Under the pieces are notes generated by a model. The model ran no database searches, was not told where the DNA came from, and was given only the letters and a program-made list of their open reading frames with translations. DNA of 64,000 nt from Bacteroidales bacterium UBA1205 (GTDB taxonomy: Bacteria; Bacteroidota; Bacteroidia; Bacteroidales; WCHB1-69): the NCBI GenBank assembly GCA_002309615.1, contig DBXT01000042.1, positions 2,154-66,153 of the forward strand, written 5' to 3'. Within the stretch, counting starts at the first letter, position 1. Every line of letters begins with the position of its first letter. Made by a program: the position numbers and the translations under genes. This document shows, one piece after another, positions 10,352 through 21,665 of this stretch.

Positions 10352-10381
10352 GATTAAATACTAATATTTAATTGTTTGAAC

Positions 10382-10831
10382 ATGGAAAAATTATTAAATA
10401 GAATAACAACTATAGCAGCATTTGCGATAGCTATTATAGCCAGCGTATTTGTATTAGTTGCTGCTATGCATGGTAAAAGCTATCTTCAGGCGGGTGTTGA
10501 AAATCAACATTCTTTAGACATAGCTTTTTATATTACATACTTTATGGTGTTTCTTATTGCTATTGCATTGATAGGTTTTACCATCATGCAAATTGCAAGC
10601 GATAAAAACCGTATAAAAAGTACCCTTATATTATTAGGTATAGTTGCCGTTGTAACCATTATTGCCTATTTCACCGCTTCAAGCAATTTGAGCGAAGTTG
10701 CCATCCGCGTCGGCACCACCACAGGCATGTACAAATGGTCGGGCACCTTATTAAATATTGCTTACATCATGTTCTTTGGTGTATTTGCAGCTTTGATAGG
10801 TTCAGTTATTTATACCAAGATTAAAAAATAG
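10382..10831 (+). CDS. Small integral membrane protein (hypothetical) within the exbBD cluster
   Basis: Four predicted TM helices. The ATG at 10382 gives MEKLLNR; the track ORF starts at TTG 10376. Confidence 0.55.
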   Translation: MEKLLNRITTIAAFAIAIIASVFVLVAAMHGKSYLQAGVENQHSLDIAFYITYFMVFLIAIALIGFTIMQIASDKNRIKSTLILLGIVAVVTIIAYFTASSNLSEVAIRVGTTTGMYKWSGTLLNIAYIMFFGVFAALIGSVIYTKIKK

Positions 10832-10840
10832 TAAATTATT

Positions 10841-11419
10841 ATGGCAAAAAAAACACCGGGACTTAACACAGGGTCAATGTCAGACATATCTTTCCTATTG
10901 CTGACATTCTTCCTTCTTACCTCGTCTATTAATACAGACCAAGGAATACAAAGAAGGTTACCGCCCCCACTTAAAGGAGACGAAACACCGCCCAAAGTGA
11001 ATGAACGTAATGTCCTACAAATATTAGTTAATATGTACGATCAATTGTTGGTCAACAATGAACCTATGAACAATGTTGAAGACTTAAAAAATCGTACTAT
11101 AGAATTCATTACCAATCCTAATGACAATCCTCACATGTCGGAAGTGGAACTGAAATATGTGGAAGAATTCGGTGCTGTAGCCCCTGTATCCAAGGGGGTG
11201 GTTTCTTTACAAAGCGACCGCGGCACTTCTTACAAAACATATATTGATGTCCAGAACCAACTTACGGAAGCTTTTAATGAAATACGTAATGATTTTGCTC
11301 AAAAGAACTACGGAAAATCGTTTGACAACCTTACCGAAGCACAACGCAAGGCTGTACAAAAAGTAATTCCTATCAGTATCTCGGAAGCAGAACCATCTAA
11401 TATAGGAGGGAAAAAATAA
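10841..11419 (+). CDS. exbD: ExbD/TolR biopolymer transport protein
   Basis: N-terminal 'MSDISFLLLTFFLL' TM anchor followed by a periplasmic domain. Confidence 0.8.
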   Translation: MAKKTPGLNTGSMSDISFLLLTFFLLTSSINTDQGIQRRLPPPLKGDETPPKVNERNVLQILVNMYDQLLVNNEPMNNVEDLKNRTIEFITNPNDNPHMSEVELKYVEEFGAVAPVSKGVVSLQSDRGTSYKTYIDVQNQLTEAFNEIRNDFAQKNYGKSFDNLTEAQRKAVQKVIPISISEAEPSNIGGKK

Positions 11420-11892
11420 TGTCAAGATTTAGAAAAGACGAGAAAAAATCAGTACCCGAATTGAATATGGGTTCTATGTCCGATATTATTTTCATGTTTT
11501 TGTTCTTCTTTATGGTGATTACCACCATGAGAGAATCCACCTTGTTCGTTAAAACTAACGTACCCGCTGCTACGGCAGTACAAAAATTGGAGAAAAAATC
11601 TTTGGTTGCCAATATCAACATAGGTTCCCCTAATACACCGGAATTACGTAAAAAATTAGGACCCGAACCTCGTATACAACTCAACGACCAATTTAAGGAA
11701 GTATCCGACATAGTTGAATTTGTAGAAACAGAAAAACAATCCAGAGAAGAAGCAGAAAGAAATATGATGACTTGGTCACTTAAAGTTGATAGAGATGTTC
11801 GCATGGGTATAGTTACCGATGTTAAACAAGAATTACGTAAAGCAAGTGCTTTTAAAGTAAACTACTCTACTTCTAAACAAGTGAAACGCTAA
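11419..11892 (+). CDS. exbD: ExbD/TolR biopolymer transport protein (second copy)
   Basis: 'MGSMSDIIFMFLFFFMV' TM anchor. Its start overlaps the stop of the previous gene. Confidence 0.8.
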   Translation: MSRFRKDEKKSVPELNMGSMSDIIFMFLFFFMVITTMRESTLFVKTNVPAATAVQKLEKKSLVANINIGSPNTPELRKKLGPEPRIQLNDQFKEVSDIVEFVETEKQSREEAERNMMTWSLKVDRDVRMGIVTDVKQELRKASAFKVNYSTSKQVKR

Positions 11893-11917
11893 TCTATCGT
11901 ATTTTCTCAATAGACTA

Positions 11918-11947
11918 ACGGCTAATCGAATGATTAGCCGTTTTTTT
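11918..11947 (+). terminator. Rho-independent terminator
   Basis: Stem ACGGCTAATC/GATTAGCCGT with loop GAAT, followed by TTTTTTT. Confidence 0.8.
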
Positions 11948-12107
11948 ATATAAATTCATTTCAACATAAATAAAAATGAGAAACTCATCTGCCACAAAAC
12001 TATATATTTCGGCAGATATATAACTTTTGTAATAAAACACCTCCGCTTCCGGCATCCTGTACGTACATTTTTTTTACGATATTACACACTATATCAAAAA
12101 AAAATAA

Positions 12108-12115
12108 TACCTTTG
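12108..12115 (+). promoter_or_regulatory. -7 promoter box TACCTTTG upstream of guaB
   Basis: TACCTTTG lies 69 nt upstream of ATG 12184. Confidence 0.45.
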
Positions 12116-12174
12116 TATTTTATGAGATATTATAGCCTTAATATAAAAGGTTTGTTATATAAATTTTCTAATAA

Positions 12175-13659
<1,485 letters not shown>

Positions 13660-13684
13660 ATCGAATAAAATAAATTATTACAAT

Positions 13685-15706
13685 ATGAACAAAAATATAT
13701 TTACACTACTGACTGCATTGCTTCTATGCTCTATTAATATGATATGGGCACAAAACACAACGGCTTCCGACCCTGTGGTGATAGTTATTAACAAAGATTC
13801 CGTTACTTTTTCAGAATTCAGAAACACTTATGCCAAAAATAATGATTTGAGTAAAGTAAGTCAAAAAGATATAGATAATTATATCGACCTCTATATCAAT
13901 TTCCGTCTTAAATACCAACAAGCTATGGATATGCAATTGGATACCATAGAACGCTTGCAAAATGAATTGGAGGGTTATAGAGAACAGGCTGCCGGACAAT
14001 ATCTTACAGACAAAGATGTGGACGAAAGAATCATCAACGAAGCCTTGGACCGTATGCAATGGGACATTCGGTGCTCGCATATATTGAAAAAAGTAGCATT
14101 AGACGCCTCCCCTGCCGATACATTGGCAGCCTATAACGCAATTATGAATATCCGTAACCGCATCATCCAAGGGGAAGATTTTGCCACCATCGCTCAAGCT
14201 GAATCGGACGATCCTTCAGCAAAAGACAAACTCTCCGCCGGCGGAAATATAATTCAATACGGCAATCATGGCGACTTGGGTTACTTTACCGTATTTGATA
14301 TGATATATTCTTTTGAATGCGGTGCATACAATACTCCCGTAGGACAACTTTCCATGCCTATACGTAGCGAATTCGGATATCATTTGATTTTTGTACAAGA
14401 CAAGCAACCTGCCCTGGGAAAACGCAAAGCCAAACAAATACTCCTGCCTTTTAACAGAAATGTAAACCTCAACGAAGCTGAACGCTCGGCCAATGCCAAA
14501 CAAGTGGAAGAAAGAATAAAGGAAGCTTACGCCGATTTGCAACAAGGGATGAACTTTGAAGAGGCCCGCAAAAAATACATGGGCGAAACGGTTAGTGCCA
14601 ACGAAATACCCCTATTCGGATGCAATAGATTTGAAGGCGATTTTATAGCAGCTCTTTATCCTTTGAAAAAGAATGAATATTCCCGACCCGTGAAAACCAT
14701 GTACGGATGGCATATTATATTGGTTACGGATGTAGTGCCGGTGGAAATAAACAAAGACACCCGCGCTAACGTGAAAAGCAGAATTATGCGGGACAGCCGC
14801 TCTAACAAAAGCAAAGAAGCATTTGTGGAAAGAGTGAAAAAAGAAAACGGATTCCAAGAAATCAAACCTAAAAAAGGCACTCGCCCGCCTGTAGAAGATT
14901 TTTACATCGCATTGGATTCCAATATTTTTGTAGGAAAATACACCGCCGATATGGTCGACTACCTACAAAGAGATATGTTCGTTCTGGGCGGTAAAACCTA
15001 TACACAAAAAGATTTTGCCCGCTATTTGGAAAAATATCCTTTTACCAATTTAGACCCTTCCGAATTGAAAGTATTGGTCAACTACGCCTATAAACGTTTT
15101 ATTGAACGCACTGCCATAGAATTGGAAAACAGTAAATTGGAAGATAAATACCCTGCTTTTGCCAATCTGATGAAAGAATACAAAGAAGGTATACTTATAT
15201 ATGAACTCAGTGAAAACAAAATATGGCGTAAAGCGGAAAACGACAGCGTGGGCTTGGAAAAATTTTATGAAAGCGTAAAAGACCAATACCTCTATCCTAT
15301 ACGCATACAAGCACTGCGGATAAAATGTGTGGATGCTGCCACTGCCGATAAAGTGAACAAATATTTGGCTCACAATAAAGCCATATCTGCCATGAACAGC
15401 AAATTTAACCACAAAAACGTAAGCATAGTAATGGATACGGTAATGTTAGAAAAAGGCAAGACCAAAGATAACGATATTATAGTACGCTTGCTTACTTCCG
15501 ACAACTCAGATTATATTGCTTGCCAAGATAATACTTTCTATCGTACATTGCAAGTATTACAACCCTCTCCTAAACCATTGAAAGAAATTAAAGGTATTGT
15601 TATTTCGGCATACCAAGATAAACTGGAGCAAGACTGGATAAAAGAATTACATAACAATGCCCATATATGGGTGGACCGCACAAGGATATATCAACTGATA
15701 AAATAA
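13685..15706 (+). CDS. Periplasmic peptidyl-prolyl isomerase (parvulin/PpiC-type, SurA-like)
   Basis: Signal peptide MNKNIFTLLTALLLCSINMIWAQ, and parvulin motifs 'GDLGYF...FGYHLI' and 'YGWHIILV'. The ATG at 13685 is preferred over the overlapping upstream start. Confidence 0.8.
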   Translation: MNKNIFTLLTALLLCSINMIWAQNTTASDPVVIVINKDSVTFSEFRNTYAKNNDLSKVSQKDIDNYIDLYINFRLKYQQAMDMQLDTIERLQNELEGYREQAAGQYLTDKDVDERIINEALDRMQWDIRCSHILKKVALDASPADTLAAYNAIMNIRNRIIQGEDFATIAQAESDDPSAKDKLSAGGNIIQYGNHGDLGYFTVFDMIYSFECGAYNTPVGQLSMPIRSEFGYHLIFVQDKQPALGKRKAKQILLPFNRNVNLNEAERSANAKQVEERIKEAYADLQQGMNFEEARKKYMGETVSANEIPLFGCNRFEGDFIAALYPLKKNEYSRPVKTMYGWHIILVTDVVPVEINKDTRANVKSRIMRDSRSNKSKEAFVERVKKENGFQEIKPKKGTRPPVEDFYIALDSNIFVGKYTADMVDYLQRDMFVLGGKTYTQKDFARYLEKYPFTNLDPSELKVLVNYAYKRFIERTAIELENSKLEDKYPAFANLMKEYKEGILIYELSENKIWRKAENDSVGLEKFYESVKDQYLYPIRIQALRIKCVDAATADKVNKYLAHNKAISAMNSKFNHKNVSIVMDTVMLEKGKTKDNDIIVRLLTSDNSDYIACQDNTFYRTLQVLQPSPKPLKEIKGIVISAYQDKLEQDWIKELHNNAHIWVDRTRIYQLIK

Positions 15707-15707
15707 C

Positions 15708-16541
15708 ATGAAGTTTCGCCTGTCCGCATTGATTTTTGGGGTGGTTTTAACCTGCATTGCATGCCATCGTTCTGACCCTGTGGTGGTAAGAGTGTATGAC
15801 AAAGAATTATCTCTATCCCGATTGCAAGCCATGCTACCTGCCTACAATACGGATGATAGCATAACTTTAAGCCAACAACACATACAAGCATGGATACAAG
15901 AGCAAGTGCTGCTGCATGAAGCGGAGCGGAGTCTTAGTTCACAAGAACAAGATTTTAAAGAAGAACTAAACGCCTATCGCACCGCTCTGATGATACATGC
16001 CTATGAAAATAAATATTTGGCATCGCATGTTACCAAAGATTTAATTTCCAACGAAGAAATTGAAGCGTATTATCGCACGCATCCGCAACAGTTTCTGTTA
16101 CAACAAAACGCTATTAAACTGCATTTTATTAAATTCAACGCAAATGCCGGCAATATAGAAAAAGTAAAAAAATTGTTCTTCAAAACACGTACAGCCCAAG
16201 AAGAACAAACTTTGGAAAATATTTGTGTGAACGATGCCGAAAACTTTTATTTACAAAACCAATGGATACTCTTTGATGATGTATTAAAAGAATTACCCTT
16301 GAAAGATTATACCAAAGAACGTTTTCAAAACAAAGAAACCGACCTCACGCTCAACGATTCCGATTATTTGTATTTAGTAAAAATAATTGACTATAAAACA
16401 AGTGAAAATATTGCACCTCTGTCTATAGTTCAAAATCAAATAATAGATTTACTCCTCAAAGAAAAGCAAATAATCGCATTGGAGCAACTGCATAAAAAAG
16501 CTTTGGACAAAGCTAAGAATAACGGGGAAATAATTTACTAA
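15708..16541 (+). CDS. Lipoprotein, SurA N-terminal-domain-like chaperone (hypothetical)
   Basis: It has a lipobox (VLTCIAC) and sits between two PPIase genes in one operon. Confidence 0.5.
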   Translation: MKFRLSALIFGVVLTCIACHRSDPVVVRVYDKELSLSRLQAMLPAYNTDDSITLSQQHIQAWIQEQVLLHEAERSLSSQEQDFKEELNAYRTALMIHAYENKYLASHVTKDLISNEEIEAYYRTHPQQFLLQQNAIKLHFIKFNANAGNIEKVKKLFFKTRTAQEEQTLENICVNDAENFYLQNQWILFDDVLKELPLKDYTKERFQNKETDLTLNDSDYLYLVKIIDYKTSENIAPLSIVQNQIIDLLLKEKQIIALEQLHKKALDKAKNNGEIIY

Positions 16542-16551
16542 AAGCAAGAAG

Positions 16552-17916
16552 ATGAAAAAAATAATCTGTATCATAATACTATCCGTCACACTAATACTTC
16601 CCTCATCGGCACAAAACAACATGGTGATTGATGAAATCATCGCCACCGTAGGCGACCACATCATCACCCGCTCCGATTTGGAATATGCCATTCAAGCATA
16701 TAAATATTCTTCAGGATTTTATACCATGGAAGCGGATAGCGGAACCATTTGCAGTATTTTGGAACAACTGCTGTTTCAAAAGTTATTGGTTCACCAAGCG
16801 GAACTGGACAGCACTGTTATTACCGACCAACAGGTGGAAGACCGTTTGGATTATAACCTTAAAGTACAAATCATGCGAATGGGCGGAGACACCAAAAAGC
16901 TGGAAGAATACTACGGCAAGAGTCTTACAGAAATAAAAGCAGACTCTCGAGACCAACTCAGAGAAGACATGCTCGCCGAAGAAACACAGCGTTCCATCAC
17001 CTCCAATATAAAAGTAATCACCCAAGAGGTGAAAGATTATTTTAACAATATTCCTGACGATAGTCTGCCTATCATACCCACAGAATACGAAATTGCCCAT
17101 ATAGTAAAAACACCCGTGATTTCCGATGCGGAAAAAATAAGTATAAAGGAAAAATTGGAAGAATTTCGTTCTCGTGCACTCAAAGGTGAAAATTTCAGCA
17201 CTTTTGCCCGTATGTATTCCGAAGACCCCGGTAGTGCAGGAAAAGGCGGGGATATCGGTTTTACTTCGCGTGGAGAACTCTATCCCGAATTTGAGGCAGC
17301 CGCCTACTCTCTTCGTCCGGGTGAAATATCATCGGTGGTGGAAACAGAAGCAGGATATCATATCATCAAAATGTTAGAACGCCGCGGAGAAAGCATACAT
17401 GTAGCCCATATACTCATCAAACCCAAACCCTCGGTAGAATCGCTTATGGAAGCTAAAAATTATCTTGACAGCATTTACACGCTCATGTCTCAAAACAATA
17501 TAGCTTTTGCCGATGCAGCCAAAGACTATTCTGACGACCCGAGCAAGATAAGCGGTGGAAAAATAGTAAATCCCTACTCCTCTTCACATGCTTTTTTGGA
17601 AGAGCAACTGATGGAATATGACAAAACTGCCATGTACGCCATAGAAAACCTGCAAGAAGGACAATATACCCGCCCATTGGCTACAATTACCGAAGCCGGT
17701 AATCAAGCCTATCATATAGTGTGCCTTATAGCCAAACGAGAAGCCCATGTAGCCAACATGATAGACGACTATGAAAAAATTAAAAATGCAGCCCTGGAAG
17801 ATAAAAAGCAAAAAACACTACTTAAATGGATTAACAACAAAGTAAAATATACCCATATCCGTTTGGCTGACGAGTTTAACAACTGCGAATTCTTAAACGA
17901 TTGGGGTATTAAATAA
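16552..17916 (+). CDS. SurA-like peptidyl-prolyl isomerase chaperone
   Basis: It has a signal peptide, the parvulin motifs 'GGDIGFTSRGELYPEFE' and 'GYHIIKM', and a second degenerate parvulin domain. Confidence 0.8.
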   Translation: MKKIICIIILSVTLILPSSAQNNMVIDEIIATVGDHIITRSDLEYAIQAYKYSSGFYTMEADSGTICSILEQLLFQKLLVHQAELDSTVITDQQVEDRLDYNLKVQIMRMGGDTKKLEEYYGKSLTEIKADSRDQLREDMLAEETQRSITSNIKVITQEVKDYFNNIPDDSLPIIPTEYEIAHIVKTPVISDAEKISIKEKLEEFRSRALKGENFSTFARMYSEDPGSAGKGGDIGFTSRGELYPEFEAAAYSLRPGEISSVVETEAGYHIIKMLERRGESIHVAHILIKPKPSVESLMEAKNYLDSIYTLMSQNNIAFADAAKDYSDDPSKISGGKIVNPYSSSHAFLEEQLMEYDKTAMYAIENLQEGQYTRPLATITEAGNQAYHIVCLIAKREAHVANMIDDYEKIKNAALEDKKQKTLLKWINNKVKYTHIRLADEFNNCEFLNDWGIK

Positions 17917-17929
17917 ACATTTTCAAACC

Positions 17930-18907
17930 ATGATACAATATGCTTCTGATAAAGATGCGGTAGATGCATTCTGTAATAAATACCAAACACTACGTGATGA
18001 AATAGGCAGGGTGATAGTAGCACAAGACGATGCCGTAAAAAAAATACTTATCACCATTTTCAGCCGTGGACATGTATTATTGATAGGCGTTCCTGGATTG
18101 GCAAAAACATTAATGATTACCACCATCGCTAAAGCGATAGGATTAACCTATAACCGTATACAATTCACTCCCGACCTTATGCCCAGTGATATCATGGGAA
18201 CAGAAATATTGGATGAAAATAGAAAATTCAAATTTGTAAAAGGACCTATTTTTGCCAATATCATATTAGCCGACGAAATTAACAGAACGCCTCCTAAAAC
18301 ACAATCCGCCTTGTTGGAAGCCATGCAAGAGCGAAGCGTGTCCATGGCAGGCATTACCTATAACCTGCCCAACCCTTTCTTTGTGTTAGCCACTCAAAAC
18401 CCTATAGAACAAGAAGGAACCTATCCGCTTCCTGAAGCTCAATTGGATAGATTTATGTTCAATGTATATTTAGACTATCCTTCTTTCCAAGAAGAGGTGG
18501 AAATAGTAAAAACCACCATCAACGGGAAAATGGCAGAACCCCGACAAGTAATGGAAATGGATGAAATTCTATACTTCCAACACCTATTACAACGTATACC
18601 CGTTGCCGAAAATGTATATCAATATGCAGTCAAGCTATCGGCTTGCACCCGCCCCGACACCGACCACGCACATGCATGGGCTCAACAATATTTGGCATGG
18701 GGTGCCGGTCCCCGTTGCTCTCAAAACTTGGTGATAGCCGCTAAATGCCATGCCGTGCTCAACGGAAAATACTCTCCCGATATAGATGATATTAAAGCCA
18801 TAGCTCATAGTGTGATGGGGCATCGTATAGTAAAAAATTATCGAGCCGAAGCTGACAATATCAATATTGATACCATTATCTCCCGTTTGATTGACGACAT
18901 AAAATAA
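17930..18907 (+). CDS. MoxR-family AAA+ ATPase
   Basis: Walker A 'GVPGLAKT', Walker B 'ILADEINRTPPKTQSALLEAMQE' and 'VLATQNPIEQEGTYPLPEAQLDRF'. Confidence 0.92.
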   Translation: MIQYASDKDAVDAFCNKYQTLRDEIGRVIVAQDDAVKKILITIFSRGHVLLIGVPGLAKTLMITTIAKAIGLTYNRIQFTPDLMPSDIMGTEILDENRKFKFVKGPIFANIILADEINRTPPKTQSALLEAMQERSVSMAGITYNLPNPFFVLATQNPIEQEGTYPLPEAQLDRFMFNVYLDYPSFQEEVEIVKTTINGKMAEPRQVMEMDEILYFQHLLQRIPVAENVYQYAVKLSACTRPDTDHAHAWAQQYLAWGAGPRCSQNLVIAAKCHAVLNGKYSPDIDDIKAIAHSVMGHRIVKNYRAEADNINIDTIISRLIDDIK

Positions 18908-19338
18908 TGCCCTTACAAATATACACTTCCAAAAACGGAAAAAAAGAGATATTTGACCCTATCCGTAAAAAACGTGTAGCCCTCACACCCGAAGAATGTG
19001 TAAGACAAAGCATGATAGCATATCTGTTACACACACTTCAAGTGCCCGCTTTGGCTATTTCGGTAGAAAAGAAAATTACCTACAACGGCATGACCCGCCG
19101 TTTTGACATAGTAATATTTCATCAAGGAAAATGCTTGGTGATAATTGAATGCAAAGCACCAGCCATCACGCTCAATCCCGACACACTCTTTCAAGCCTCT
19201 ATGTACAATAGCACATTGCAGGCCAGATATATAGTACTGACTAACGGAAAACAAAATATGGTGTTTAGAATACAAAATCAAAATTACGAACCCTGTTCTG
19301 AACTGCCTTCGTTTAGCGAGATGATCCGGAACTTATAA
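18907..19338 (+). CDS. HsdR-N-terminal-like PD-(D/E)xK domain protein (orphan)
   Basis: 'RFDIVIF...LVIIECKAP' is a D...ExK nuclease-fold motif. The ATG overlaps the moxR stop. No R-M partners are nearby. Confidence 0.7.
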   Translation: MPLQIYTSKNGKKEIFDPIRKKRVALTPEECVRQSMIAYLLHTLQVPALAISVEKKITYNGMTRRFDIVIFHQGKCLVIIECKAPAITLNPDTLFQASMYNSTLQARYIVLTNGKQNMVFRIQNQNYEPCSELPSFSEMIRNL

Positions 19339-20536
19339 GCAACCGGTGATACAATTGAGCCATATTTTTCACCAACTGCTGATAGCCATAACTATCCAAA
19401 GCATATTGGGAACCGTTTTGAGATAACTCATGCCGCAATCCTTTATCTTCTACCAACGAAAGCGTTTTTTGAGCAAATTCTTCCACGTTTTCACTCTCTA
19501 CCAACAAAGCGGTACTTCCTTCTTTTACTATGTCAGCCACACCGCCCACTCTTGTTGCCACTATGGGTTTGTTAGCGGCTTGCGCTTCTATCAAACTTCC
19601 GGGAGTGCCTTCGTTAAGAGAGGTAAGGGCTACTATGTCTATACCGGCATACACCTCATCCACCTCTTTAATCCATGAAGTAAATATCACCTCCACCTGC
19701 GGACATTCCCCTCCTTGCTGGGAATTGTAATTGGCAAAAGTAAAATTCAATTGCCTGCACAAATTTTCTATATGTTCATGCTCTTCTCCATCACCTACTA
19801 TCAATAATTTTATTTTTTGGGTGGTGGCTGATTTCACCTTTTGCATGGCTTTGATAAACAAAGTGTGATTTTTAATAGGAGCCAGCCGGCCCACTATTCC
19901 TATCACCACTTCATCATCGGCAAAGCCGTAGGCTTTTCGGAATGTTATACGCTTTTGCTCTTTATTTTCTACATATTTTGCCAAATCCAAGCCCAATGGT
20001 ATTACTTGTATTTTATCATTGGAACAAATGCGGTATTTTTCTACCAAATCATATCGCTGCTTATCACTCAAAGCAATGATGGCAGTAGATATTTTGGCTA
20101 AAAAACGCTCTAAAATTTGATAGAAATTTGATTTGTGCGCATTGAAATACTTATCAAACACATGCCCGTGGAAAGTATGCACTATCACCTTTACCCCGCA
20201 ACGCTTGGCAGCTACACGACCTAAAAAACCGGCCTTGGCGGCATGGGTATGCACTATGTCGGGCTTGTAATGTTTGATGATGGACCGGATTTCTTTATAT
20301 GCTTGAAAGTCCTGATGACCTATAGAACGATGCATGGATTTAATCAAAACAGGCTTTACACCATATTGCTCCGTTACGTATTCAGATGTGCCTTCTTGTT
20401 CATCTTTCACACCACCAATTAAAACAGCCTCAAACTCTTCCGGCAAAAAACGAGTAAGATATACTGCATAATAGGTGGGCCCGCCTAAATTAAACCGATT
20501 TAATATATGTAAAACTCTTATTTTACGTTCTTGCAT
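19313..20536 (-). CDS. Family 4 glycosyltransferase (GT-B)
   Basis: N-terminal 'RVLHILNRFNLGGP' and C-terminal 'EGTPGSLIEAQAANKPIVATRVGG' (EX7E-type motif). Confidence 0.85.
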   Translation of the reverse strand: MQERKIRVLHILNRFNLGGPTYYAVYLTRFLPEEFEAVLIGGVKDEQEGTSEYVTEQYGVKPVLIKSMHRSIGHQDFQAYKEIRSIIKHYKPDIVHTHAAKAGFLGRVAAKRCGVKVIVHTFHGHVFDKYFNAHKSNFYQILERFLAKISTAIIALSDKQRYDLVEKYRICSNDKIQVIPLGLDLAKYVENKEQKRITFRKAYGFADDEVVIGIVGRLAPIKNHTLFIKAMQKVKSATTQKIKLLIVGDGEEHEHIENLCRQLNFTFANYNSQQGGECPQVEVIFTSWIKEVDEVYAGIDIVALTSLNEGTPGSLIEAQAANKPIVATRVGGVADIVKEGSTALLVESENVEEFAQKTLSLVEDKGLRHELSQNGSQYALDSYGYQQLVKNMAQLYHRLLISSGSSR

Positions 20537-20665
20537 CCCTTAGATATAATACCTTTTTTGCATTCAAATATCAAAATGCAAAATTACTCAATTTTCTATA
20601 AAAATACCATAAATTATCTATCATTTTTTTTATACATTTGCATATATATTTCAAACATTTTATTC

Positions 20666-21649
20666 ATGAATACTAAACGCTTTCATTTAATCGGCATTTT
20701 TGGATTAACTTATTTATTGTCAATATTTTTTTCTTGTAGCCGTCAAGAAAATACTCAAACTTTTTCTTTAACCGAAAAGAAAGTTCCCTGCGATATTTCT
20801 TGTCAGGAAAGCATCACCGACACTGCCAACATCTTACCCTTACACATGGTTAATGATGTTATCCGTTCGCTCAAAAACTTTAAGGGTACCGGTTTTAAAT
20901 TACCGACCACTATTCCCGACACATGGATAGCTGAATACAAATTGGAAGCATTTTCCGATTTTGATATTTGGATCATTAGCAATGCAGGAGAACCTACTTT
21001 CAAAATATTAGCCACCATTTCTTCCGACACTTCCACCATTATTCAGGCCATACCCATAGCCTACAATACAGCCAAAGAGAAGCCCCAATACATAGAGAGT
21101 GAATATTGGCAATGCCACATAGACGATATCTACAACATTACCGTGAGCAAAGAATATGAAATGCTTCACTCTCTGACAGAAGACAGCACAGCCGACCATT
21201 CCAATCTGCACTATAAAACAGAAGACCAATATATTATAGAAGCTGACGGCACCATTAGCTACATAGAAAAACCTTCTTTCAACATAGATTACAAAGCCGT
21301 GATTCTATTTGCCGACACCTCGCATATTGACTTAAACAACAACGAAACGTGGCTGTGGAATGCTATCAGCATGCACGAACACTTGGAGCCCGAGAACATT
21401 ATTTTCCAAGAATGCTACAATCAATTTGATAAAATATCCGTCAAAAATTACACAGGAGAAGAAGTAGACATGCTGAATATTAGCGAAGAGGTAAACCGTC
21501 ATCATATAGGATACATAATAGTAACCAATGAAACAGAACCCGAATACATTCCCTATGATTCCCCGCAAAACATACTCCGCAATATAATGCAGATATTGAA
21601 TATGGATATCCCCGAAGAATGGGAATTGGACTATACTCCTCAAAACTAA
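20666..21649 (+). CDS. Hypothetical lipoprotein
   Basis: MNTKRFHLIGIFGLTYLLSIFFSCS is a signal peptide with a lipobox. The upstream part of the track ORF is AT-rich promoter DNA. Confidence 0.55.
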   Translation: MNTKRFHLIGIFGLTYLLSIFFSCSRQENTQTFSLTEKKVPCDISCQESITDTANILPLHMVNDVIRSLKNFKGTGFKLPTTIPDTWIAEYKLEAFSDFDIWIISNAGEPTFKILATISSDTSTIIQAIPIAYNTAKEKPQYIESEYWQCHIDDIYNITVSKEYEMLHSLTEDSTADHSNLHYKTEDQYIIEADGTISYIEKPSFNIDYKAVILFADTSHIDLNNNETWLWNAISMHEHLEPENIIFQECYNQFDKISVKNYTGEEVDMLNISEEVNRHHIGYIIVTNETEPEYIPYDSPQNILRNIMQILNMDIPEEWELDYTPQN

Positions 21650-21665
21650 ACAGCATAAGGTAAGA

